From Acanthaster planci (lineage: Eukaryota): a DNA stretch of 64,000 nucleotides. The notes beneath the pieces are model-generated. The model ran no database searches. It was not told the origin of the DNA and worked only from the letters and a program-made list of their open reading frames with translations. The first letter of the stretch is position 1; each line of letters begins with the position of its first letter. Location of the stretch: positions 2,580,861 through 2,644,860 of the forward strand of contig NW_019091359.1 in NCBI RefSeq assembly GCF_001949145.1. Direction: 5' to 3'. The translations under genes and the position numbers were made by a program. Of the stretch, positions 25,101 through 37,100 are shown in pieces.

Positions 25101-28100
25101 TCAAGGGATGTTAAAAGCAATTTTTTTTTATCAACATGGCTATTTTTAAGACTTTGAAAACTTTTCCCACGATGGAATTTAATTGACCAATTCTACATGA
25201 TTGGGAGGAGAGAACTGAGTAGATCACAGTTGTTTGGAATTCATTCATTTATTTTTAAAATAATGAGAAAAAGTACTCAGACAAAATCCAGTCAATGAGG
25301 GGTTGTATTCCGGGAGTGAAACCTGTCCAAAACAAGTGCAAGCATACCTGATAATTTCAAAAATGTTTTTATTTCTGATTTTTAGCTCTATGCTTGATTG
25401 CTCAACTTTTGTGGATCATGTTGTGTTTCCAGGCGATGTGAGGAATGACCTATATTTGATGCTGGACAGGGCGGAGTTTGAAAGGGGGCGGAAGACGGCC
25501 AGCAGGAATGTTGAAGTAACCATACACGTTATAGATGGCTATAACAAGAAGATGGTAAGCGCCAGTGGTCACCTGACCCAAAACGGACTATTGGACTATT
25601 ACCAAAAATGTGGACATTGATTTTGTTTTGTTAATGAGACTGGACAACTTTTTAATGTAGCTCTGAAGATTACTATCTTGTGGGGTCACACTACACTTGT
25701 TTTTGTGTTTTTCAATCCGTACACATGGTTTAAAGGTATGCGCAGTGGCCAAAGCAATAAAATCATGGTCTCTTGACTATGGATGTTGAATTTAAGGGTC
25801 CTTTTCAGAATCTCAAGCCACGTCCACTTTGCTGAGCGGCATTGATCTCCGTGTTCACCCACTATCAGCCTGACCCCTCTTGTTTTTCTTATCAAGGTGG
25901 TACTTTTACACAGATTCGAGGATCTACTGAGAAGGCAAATGAAACTTGACACTTGTTACTTTGCTGGTTATCCAAATTACAGAAATGCATCTGGTTGGGA
26001 GGTGATGAAAGTGACACAGACGAGTACCGATCCACTATCTATTACCACACCAACCAACCCCACTGGTTGGAGAACATCCGTCTCAGCATTCCCATGGAGA
26101 AGTTCAAGGACACCCACATTCGGCTAGAATGTCGCCATTGTTCTACCAGTAGGGGGGATCGGAGCCTGTTTGCCATGGCGTTCATGAGACTCATGAAGGA
26201 CGATGGAACTACTCTGGAGGACAGTGAGCATGAACTGTTTGTGTACAAGGTAATTGGGGATCTGAGTCCAGTTTCTTGGGTTCTGATGCTAATGTCCTTG
26301 GGCAGGGTACCTTATCATGAAGTTTCACCTCACTGAGTTACCTGTTTTTTGTGTACAAGGTAATTGTGGATCTGAGTCAAGCTTCTTGGGCACTGATGCT
26401 AATGTCCTTGGGCAGAATACTTCATCATGAAGTTTCACTTCACTTAGGTACCTGTGTTTTTGTGTACAAGGTAATTGGGGATCTGAATCCAGCTTCTTGG
26501 GTTCTGATGCTAATGTCCTTGGGCAGGGTACTTTATCATGAAGTTTCACCTCACTGAGTTACCTGTGGGAAGAGGGATGTGCTTATCACGGTAGATTCAG
26601 CTTTTTTGTGCCTGAAATAATAAAATGGAATTTAGAATTGGTTGTAGGTTTGATTCATCGTGATAGATTGATAGTAATACAAATTATGAAAGTGGTTAAA
26701 TGGGTTTATGTAAAAAATTCAAAGAGGAAATGGTTTTACGACTCATCTGATTTGTGTCTTCAGCTCTGACTGAATTTGACTTGCAAATTTAAAAACCAAT
26801 CATTCAGAACAGAAAAGATTTTTAATATTTGGCACTCTAGTCAGCATGGGTATGCTTTACAAGGTCAAGTCCCAGGTTTGGTTATATGTCAGGTCGAACA
26901 TCAGATCACATACGATGATGTCACAGGTCATAGGTCATAAGTTTGAGTTACACATCAGGTCGTGTGTCGGGTCACAGGTACTAAGTGAGGTTACTGGCGA
27001 GATAAAAAGCCCTATTGCAAGTTATGGCTGCATTCGATTGTGAGCTCACCACGAGTATTATTCCTGAGTGTGCAAACAGCTGGAGTATGACGGTGAGCGA
27101 GAGGGTATCCTCTCAATCAGCCGTGGGTGTACTCGTTATCACTTGGTTATGGCACGATAACGTAGGGGGAAATTTTTACCCTTTACACTGTGTGATGCGC
27201 ACACAATATTGTCCTGACTCTCCGGGGGTGTTGATTGTAAAACAGGCAACCATAACCCAGGTTACATGGAGTGTTATCCATGTAATCCAGACCACCACAA
27301 GTCCTTTCAGAAGGCCATTTGTAAGTTGCAGATTAAGTAGTTATGAAGGAATGCTTGGAGGGGACTCAAGGACTGGAATTGGTTAGAGCTGAGATCGCAA
27401 GGAGTGACATGACATTGAATTAATTATAACAGGGGAACCATGATGTCATAGTCCAGTTGGAGAAGTTTGGACTTGACTTGACGACGTTCTACCCACTTGT
27501 TCTGCTTTTACACTTTGCAGTGTGCGGAGAACCAGGAGTTCCACGACCTGTCCTATCTAAACCTGCCATTCTGCACTCAGGAGATTGTCACCAAGGCTTC
27601 CCCCGTCTTTGGCACTGGCACGTACAGCAGGAACATGAAGGAGTCGCTGTTTGTCAGAACTATCATCTGCTCTACCAAGCTCACGCAAAATGGTAATGGT
27701 TGAATACTCACAATTCTCGAATATGACACAAAAAGGAGACCTGTCATGTCAGGAGTGTTTTTTCCCAATGGTTATAAATTTCTGCAAGTATTTCAACACC
27801 CAGAAAAATGTTTTACACATTTGAATAAGTATGCAAGCTCTCTGGTCACAATCGAGTCACAGCTTCCGTACTGATACACACAAAGAACAGATTGTGGAGT
27901 GCTCAGGGCATGGTGACAATCTGAAATCATCTGGGTAACACTGCTAATGTGATGATGGCCCCCACTATCGTGTTTTGTGCCACCTTGTTGAAGGAAACTG
28001 CAAACTGAGCGATTCTTACGAATAGTTAGGAACCGTGTACACGAAGCCTCTCCTTCCGTTAGCCGATCTCCTTGTGTTTTTTTCCCCATATACATGCATG

Positions 28101-31100
28101 CCATTGCAATTTGGAATTTGTGAAGTCTCAAGCATTTGTCAACCTTTACAAAAGCCTCCTACCGTATGTTCTGTGCTGTAAGATTATGTCTGAGACCCGT
28201 CAATTATACTCTCTTCTTTACACCCAAACTGTTGTAGAGACAACACTTGATCCAGCTGAATCCCTCATCTTTGGAACTCATTCAGAGGAGATCAGAAACA
28301 AATATGTCTCACCACATTATTTCAAAACTGATCTGGTGTTGCTCTTGCACCTGTACCACTGAGTTGAGTCCATCCAGACAGGTGGGCATTATCAGTACAA
28401 TTGCTGCCTTTTACTACAGCGTCTCTGGATTTGTACACCTAAGTGGCATCCAAGGGAAAGCTGAGGTTGTCATGCACAACACACCACGAGTAAACATGAT
28501 CAGACCATCTGCATACACAGGCACTGCTAATGGGCTAAAATCTCAGAATCAGCTTAGGAAGAGATTCGGGCTGCATCCGAATCTCTTGTCTCGAGCTAGG
28601 TCTAGGTCTTCGCTCCATCGGAAATGCGTGGAGACGCGTAGACAATAGACCTAGCCGTAGCTCTGGAAGCCCGTTTCGGACACGGCCTTAGTCCAGCTGA
28701 CAGTTAATTACACGTACATGTACATTAAGATAATCCTCTGTAATCCAATACAAAGCCATAGAAATCTGCAGAGGTGGACAATGCGCTGAATTTGAACTCA
28801 GCCATTGCACATGGCCTCTTGTGGTTGCAAATGTCTCTCGAGGGGCATGTCCCAGAGAATTAAGCACTGTGAGGTCGCAGTAAGAAAAGTCAAAGAAATG
28901 CTGTTCAAACGTCTCTTGAGAATTAGTGTGTCATGGCACTCGGCTGTATCTTGAAAGTGGGCCTCTACATCTGGCATTTTCTGAAAATCAAAACGTTCAG
29001 CCAAAAATAATATCAAGTGGTCAATAAGGATGTGTTACAAACACAAATATTGACAATCACCGCTGTTAAATGGAATGTTCCATTAGCTAGCAGTAAATGG
29101 CATGCAGCGTTTAATGGATCGGTAGCACAATATCACGACGTTGTGGGTGACACGGCGGAAATCTTTGTTTCGGAGGTAATAGATGACCACATTGAGCCAA
29201 CCGTTAGTCAGGCTAGGTAAAATGTATGTCAACAGAAGTATAATTGGCTGATGGTGATTGCTGGAAAAAAGAGCTAGCTGTGGGACTAATCAGTGGTAAG
29301 AGGCTGAAGAAAACTGCTGTCAAAACTAGAAGAAGAATAGTTTTCACGGTTTTGTTATTTGGCCGCTCTGGAGAATTTCTTGGTTGAACATTTTGATTTT
29401 CAGCGTGGATGCGTCTTGCATGGTAGTGCGAAATCAAGATAAGCCATGCAAACGTTGCAAGAATAAAGAACAAAGTACCAACTGCTATGAGGATATGCAA
29501 GACCTGTCCAACCACACCGGCATATTCAGTAAACAACATGCACGTCAGTGTATTTTTGCCGTACTTTGTTGTCCAACCTGATACAAAGCCACATGAAATT
29601 ACTATTAGTACGTTCATTGCCAATGCACAAACGATAGCAATTCTTGCCCGCTTCACAGTCGTAAGAGAAGAGTAGTGAAGTGCATGAACCACTGAAATGT
29701 AATGATCCCCTGTCAACAGTAGTGACGTTGGTGAGCTGAGGAGAAGAATGCTCTCAGTAACTGACAGCACTATGCAAAATGGGTTGCTGACATTCTCAGT
29801 CTCGGAAATTGCCAACACTGTCATTGGAACAGCTCTCAGGAGCCCAATCGTCATAGATTGGAGAAATACTTACGTCGTTTCCAGGATGCTGTCAACATGC
29901 CTCAGAACCAGAAGACAAAGTGGGTTGAGCGTCAGAAGTAAGATTGTGGTTAAGACCAGCGTGATGCATCGGATGAAGTTGTTCTGGATTAGAAACTCAG
30001 TCATCGGTGTTGTAGAGGCGTTAAATGTCTGCAGATCCTTATTAGATTCTGTTGAATTCATAGTTCGATTCAGACTTGTAGTCTCTTTCACAAGAGTTTT
30101 TCACTCCAAGAAAGTGGACCCTTTTCTGCACAATTTGAATAAAGTTAGAAATGCTGTACTCTTTCAAAGACAATGCTGGTGTCGTTGCTACTGTGAATTG
30201 CTCTGTGTAGCCTAGATGGGCAGCATCATGCTTGGAATAAAATAGACTGGGTGTGGCTCATTCATATGCAAATGAAGTCATGTGGATGAAGATAATCAAT
30301 GATTGGCCAGTCCTTGCATTGTCAAGGTCTCCCATTGGCTCCTTAATATTGACTGTATACTTTTAGGTATTAAAACTGATAACTGTCTCAGTTCCATTTT
30401 TTGTTTCCGTTTCATTTTTTGAGGGCAGCTTTGGCCGTTGGTTCTATTCCAGTTTATTGTCACAAGCACAAAACACATCCGAAGTTGCTTCATGAAAATG
30501 TTTTCTAGAGTAGCAGCATTGAAGGCACGCTGTACCAAGAGCAGAATATAGCTGGCTTAGTGGTTAACGTTCTAAGAGATTTATTACCTGTCCATTTTCA
30601 GTTTTAGGAGATCTATGCAAAGAAGTTGCCACTCTGATTCTGCGAGTAATATTCTTTGTCAGGCACAAAGTTTTCCTCCACATTTAATTGAAGTACATAA
30701 AGTAAACACCTGTAATTTGTCAAGAAGTTGATCAGTCTTTTGCAAATACAGGCACGTAAAGTGTCCTGGGATCAGCTGATTTCCTCGTTTTTTTCACTTC
30801 ACACCTGTGTCATTGAAAATCAAAAACACTCTGCAAAGTCCTGTAAAGACTGGAATTTCCCCTTTTTTTGTTAAAGTCCAAGTTGCCTGCAAATATCTTC
30901 ATGTCCTTTGTAGATCTTCTTGAAGTTGCAGCTCATGTCTAAATGATTGAACCATCCCTTTCTTAGAGTTTTCTCTGCAGAAACATGGACTACATAAATT
31001 TATAAATAGTAAAAATGATGCCAAAAATTGGACAGAATGGTGAGATGGGTCACTTCTAAGGGCAATGGCTGACAGAATTGCCCTTGAGAATGGCCGAGTG

Positions 31101-34100
31101 CTGTTTGTGTGTTCATAGTTGCATCTGGTAGAGAGCCTAATTCATATGCAAATGAAGTCAATTTTTATTGAATGATGGTCACTCAGCCCTGATTTTGATG
31201 TGGACTTTGATTGGCTGCTTGATATTCTCAACTCACGGTACTGTTCGGGATGTAAACCGGTAAATTTTAGCCCTAGATATTTACTTGGTCGGTGACATTC
31301 AGTTGCAATAAAGCCAATCTCAGTATGCACTCTACTCTGTGGTTGATAACCGGTCGTTTTCCATTTACAGGTGAATCTGAAAGTAATATTGCCAGTCGAT
31401 CACAGAAGGCTATCAAGCACTGTTATGGTCACAGTCGATCACAGAAGGCTATCAAGCACTGTTATGGTCACAGTCGATCACAGAAGGCTATCAAGCACTG
31501 TTATGGTCACAGTCGATCACAGAAGGCTATCAAGCACTGTTATGGTCACAGAGCAGAGGTGAAACACCCACTGTGTTTCAAGAAGTGGATATATTTATCC
31601 AAACCAGAAGCAGTGGTTTTTCATTATGGAAGGATGGTGAAAATTACCAGCAGAAAAGTTAGAGTTTAAGTCCCCGACCCCTTTTTTCTCAGAGTATGTT
31701 TTGCATGGTCCTGAAAATGTTGAAAATGAAAAAGAAAATAATGCACAGTGCTTTGGAAGGAGATTGGCAAGCGGTCAAGTCAGGAAGCTGTAAGGAATAG
31801 CCATACCCCTGATCAATCTCTGAATCTGATACCTGACTGTGCTGAGTGGTCATTTCCTTTCAGTCTTCCTCCTGGGCCTGCTAAAATGGAAGATGCATCC
31901 TGAGAACCTCAAGGAGATTCTCCACAGCATCACCAAAGTAGGAGGGCAGGAGATTGTAAGGGTGAGTACTCAGTGTCGCAGTCCACCTTACTCGTCCAAG
32001 CAGAGAGTTGAACCCGTATAAATTCTCTGTACTATTCAGTGTTCAATAAAAAGAAGCACATGTATTAAGGAACAAAAAAGAGCATTTTATACTCTTGGCT
32101 GCAACTTTACCCTGCACCTGTACAGCGTGCCCTCTTTTCCAAGTGAGGTATGCACAGGTGTGTCTTAATTTGGCTATTTCTAATTCTGGTGAGGTGAGAA
32201 ATTGAACACAACCATGACAAATACCATTGTTTTCCAATCTGCCGAGGGTTTATTCGATTTTTTACAGCATTGCCAGTGCATTCTTTCAATTTTTAAAAAT
32301 GTAGTTGTCTTGAATGTACTTTTATACGTACACTCAAATGTTTCATCATTGTTCTTCCCAGGCTTGCCTGCTTAGCCGTTTTAGAACATTTTTGTGGTTT
32401 CCTTTCTGTAAATCAACAATATTGGAAATAAAAAATATTAGATAAGGGAGAAAAAAAGTGGTTAAACATTGTTCAAATTTGCCAGGTTCTTCAAGACATT
32501 TTGGATGCACTGTTTAACATCCTGGATGAGAGAGCCGAAGACTTTGAGAAGGATGTCTTCGATGCCTTGGTCTACATCTTAGGCATTCTTGGCGATACCA
32601 GATTCAAGTCTTTTACTACCGTCTTAGACACCTACATTGAGAACTTCTTTGCCAGCACCCAAGCTCACAGGTAACCATGGAAACAACGAGCAATCATACA
32701 AAAAATGGACAAGGTTTCAGACGTTTGTTAATATCCCCATCAAATCAGATCCAGATCTTCCTTTTGCTCAAGTTGTTTCTTCACCGACCATCTTTATCTG
32801 CCTCAGGTTTTTGGTGAAGCAACTGAAGCGCTACATCGATAATTCCATGATTGAGAAGGCAGAAATTGTAGTCAGCACCCTCAAGGCTGTGCAGAACCTC
32901 TTCAAGTTCATCTTTAGGTCCCACGTCTTGTACCAGAAGTAAGATTAATGAATGAATACGGATTAAGCAAATTTTCTGAGCTAATCTAAAAATAGAAGAA
33001 ACTGTAAGACTTGAGGCCGTGCACGGTGGAAGTACCAAATACAAGAAGGTTTGTGGTAACACCTTGCGAACAATAGACCTCTATCATGGGGCAGCCATCT
33101 GGCTTTCTACCATTGAAAGCAATGTTACCAGACTAAGGCTAAAAGGGAAGACAGTGTATTCCCTTTTTTCAATATATGAAGTTGGCTCACTATTGCAAAT
33201 GGGTCTTTAGGGAACAAGACCACCAGCAGCATCATCATAAATGTCTATTCTCTTGTATGCATGTGTGGGGTTCTTAAAAACGGACCAGAGGTTTCACTCG
33301 AGTCTCTTTCTCTCCTGAAGCCCAACAGAGCACACTATTTGAAATGTCAAGTGAAGCATCCGGTTCATATTCAGAACCACAGCCATTCACCAGAGAGAAT
33401 TGTTCACACGTGTGACTGTAATCAGAGCATTGTAGCTAAGACCCACCCTGAAGGAAAGTTAAGAGAGAAATTTGGAATAGGAAAAAGAGATCTGTGTGAT
33501 ATTGTAAGATTCGTCAGAAATCTTACCCGTTTGGTCTTTTTTCATTCCACGTGTGATTAATGCAGTGAACACATCATGGTGTGAACAATTCATGTCATAG
33601 CCTGATTTGCTTGGAGTTTGGGGCAGGGCATGGTATATGAAATCATGACAAAGGGCTTGTTTGCAAGTGGTGGAGACAGCAGAATGAAACCTGGAGCGGC
33701 TTTTCTGGTCAGGCACTCAAACTTTCATCATTCCATCACTCAATCTGGTTACCAGGGCAACGGGTGATTTGCATGATGGTAACATTCAGGACAGCATGCG
33801 ATGTCTGTTTGGCTCCATGAACAAGTTGATGACGCACACTGAAGATAAGCTCCATCTACACCAGGTAATTTTCTACCACTCCCCACCCCGCAAGATCACT
33901 GCATCACCCTCCCCCCCCCCATTCCATCATTCCTGGACCCCCATCCCACTCAAACCACCATGGCTACTTGAATTTCATTGAATTTCACCATGTACCAACT
34001 GTCTTGGAGCTGAAACACGGAAGAAACTGTCCAGCAACTTTGCATAGTATATGTACTTATAAGCCAAAAAATTTTATAGGATCTTCCATTCCAGCACTCC

Positions 34101-37100
34101 TCGTTTGATTTACTGTTCAGCCTTCCTTCTTTCCTTCCAGTTAATTTTGCTGAAGAACTTCAGCCACATCTCCACAGAGCTGAGGGTCATGTACACCTCA
34201 CCAGAAGTCAGCCAGTTCATCATTGACCTCCTGGAGCACATGCCTGTCAAAGACTTACCCACAGAGGTCCTGAGAGCTAAGCTCGCCTTCCTGTCCGAGA
34301 CCATCAACAGCAACCTCTTCAAGGAATCAAGTGAGCTCCATCCACAGCATCTCAGAGATGATCCTGAAAATGTGTCGCTTTTAGAGTTAAAGAGCACAGT
34401 GTTTAATGATGCAAGGATTGTATTGATTTTTATTCGTAATCCTTGGCACCATGACTCTACCCTGTAAAACCAACAGCTGTACTTTGTGAGCAATGTACAG
34501 GCGAGCCACCGTGTATTTGCACAAGTCTTGATGCAGGCAAAGAATATACCGTTCGTATTGAGACTGGACAGCATTGGATTTTTGAGGGTTCAGAAAGCAT
34601 CTTCATAAAAATCCAACACTGTTCTCAGAAAAGATTGCTTAGTGGGTATATTGTGTAAGCAGATAGAGAGGTCTGCTGGGAACCAGCTGAAATAAATGTA
34701 TACACCATGGCAAATTGGCTGGTAACCAGTGTTTTTTTGCTTTGCAAAATTTCTGTTCTGGTCAACTCTGACACTGGTTGCTTGAGCAGGAGTTCAAGCT
34801 CCATATGTCTGATATTTTTTCAGATTTTTGCCCTGCCCAACATGCATTTTTTTTAAACACTGTGTACTCAGTGTACGCCCCCGAAGGCTTGTGGAAAAAA
34901 CCACAAGTGTACTTGGGTGGGACTCGAACCCATGACCTCCTGCTTACTAGTGCAGACGTCTTAACCACTCAACCACCGAGCTTGTCGGTGTCAGATGGCT
35001 GGTTCGAATCAGGTGTAGCAGCGGGTAATCAGAAAAAAATTAATTCATGTTATGTGTTTTGGGAAGAAGATTAGCAATTTGAAATGTGATCCCTTTGAAA
35101 AGGTTGGCACAATTGTGTGTTATGATGAATGACGACTTCACACTTCTCTTCTGTTTTTTTGCGTCTGGCTCCTTGTCACTCTGACCTCCAGTGTCGAGGA
35201 AGTTCCTGCTAGAGCCTTGCGTCAAGCAGCTGCGGATGCACATTGAGAACAGGGAGGAGTGCAGCATGTGTGTGGACATCTTGTGTAGCATGCTAGCAAG
35301 CCTCTACAAGATATCAAAGGTCAGTCGGTGTTCAAAAGATGGCAAGGTTTATGGGGAGTCATCAGTGGATATAACTCCACAGGGTATAGATTGCCAGAGT
35401 TAGATCGTCAGCATGATTGCAAGCTTCTACAAGAAAATACTGGTATCCTGTGGTTGGCAGTTTCAAAGATGGTTTTTAGTTATGCAAAGTGTCCAAAATA
35501 TATGTTTGGATTTAAAAAATCATTGGCATCCAACTCTTAGGATGGACAGGTTGTGTTTACAAAAGGGTACAGATTGGAACCTTTAACGGCACTTTTATGA
35601 CAGTGATTTTGCATTCCCAGATATGGATATGTTTTGGTTTTTGGATGTTTCAGTCGGAATCCGTAGATGCGGATGTCAACATCATGGTGAAGCTGCTTCT
35701 TGGAAGCATTCTCAATATGATCATGTCGCTGGATAGGAAGACGAACACCGTGGTAAGTGTCTTTGTTTCCCATGTGTGGTGCCGCCGAAGCAGGCAGTGT
35801 TGCGGTCCAGTCCACGAGTCCCTTCATGAGTCAAGTCGCAGGTCTTTCCGTAGGACCGGTCATGAATAACAGGTCAAGCAATGGGAAAGAAATGCTTTGG
35901 TCACAGATCATTTAAATAGCTTGTGACTTGACTTAAGACTGAATGACTTGTTATAGGGACTTGTGAAGGACTTGACTATGGCACTGGAATCTGGAACCCT
36001 GAGAACACTTGATATCAAAGTAATTCAACCCATTGAATATTCATTCAATTGAACCTTGTATTAAATTCTCAGAGCGTATTTCTGGCTAATGTTTAGTTTG
36101 ACAAGTTGCAAAATGTTTTTACTTATTTCTTGAGAAATTTCACCCAAATTTCAATTGCTCCTAAAAGATCTCGTTTTTCCCTTTTGTTTTGTTAAGAACC
36201 TTTCGGTTATCATATTCCTATTTGGCTTTTCAAACATTTCTGCTGTTTTGCTTGATGCCCCAAATAGTTCATTTTCATTTGACAACTGAGGTTAACTAAA
36301 TTTGAGGACTTGTGATAAGAAAAGCTGTCTTGTTCCGCACATGTGTCCCAGAATGAATGTGCCAGAAGATGACACATACTTTCATTGATCCTCCTCCTGT
36401 CAATTAACTTGCAAGGTTCTGTGTATCTCCTGTCTCCTGGATCTGCTGAGGCTGATGAAGGAATCCCACTACCAGGATCTGAAAGCCAGCCTACGAGACC
36501 GGGAGAGGCATCGGGACTTCCTCAAGAGGATCCTCAGGGTCTTCAAGGAGCTGTCTTCCCGGGAGATCTACCCAACAGAGTGGATGGCTATGAAGATGCT
36601 AGCCAGCAGGTAACGGGAGGGAGCTGTCAGTCTGGTGTGGTACTTCCAGACCCTTGACCTCAGACCTTCACCCCTCACCCTTACTCTAAGATTTCAGTCT
36701 TGCACAGTGTGGTCAAGTACTTGTCAAGTACCAGTTGACTGCCAATAATTGAAAGAGTTAGGTGCTATCGAACCTGTAGAATGGAGGCATTGGACAGTAA
36801 ATGCACAATGATAAGATTTCAATATTATTTGATAGTCTGAAACTATAACAAATGTCCTCAAGTAGAGTACTTGTCAAGTTCTTCTCTCCTTAAAACTTGA
36901 TTTTACCAATCTGAGAATGTGAGAAGTCTCAAATAAATTGATTTTGTAATTTTACCCTTGTGCATTTGCCACCCAATATTCACGGTCTCTAACTATGGTA
37001 GACAAAAGTTTTCAGGTACAACCATGTTTCTCATATTTGAAAAACTCTGGTTCTGAGGAAATCCAGTAGTCAGAGACATTTTGAACAGCGTACTCTGTTC

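Noticed and set aside
29870..29872. Stop-codon readthrough rescuing the GPCR
   Set aside because: The codon is TAA, and an independent frameshift and motif losses point to pseudogenisation.
29748..30215. 155-aa plus-strand ORF
   Set aside because: Antisense shadow of the GPCR pseudogene.
31393..31551. CRISPR-like regular repeats (also 42159-42511 and 26236-26565)
   Set aside because: Units are directly adjacent with no unique spacers, no cas genes are present, and the context is a eukaryotic intron.
34110..34574. Minus-strand ORFs opposite DOCK exons (also 24414-24695, 47125-47520, 61868-62347)
   Set aside because: Antisense shadows of coding exons with no independent protein signature.
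34912..34981. Functional tRNA-Thr gene
   Set aside because: Acceptor-stem mismatches and an extra base in the anticodon arm; better explained as a SINE head or pseudogene.
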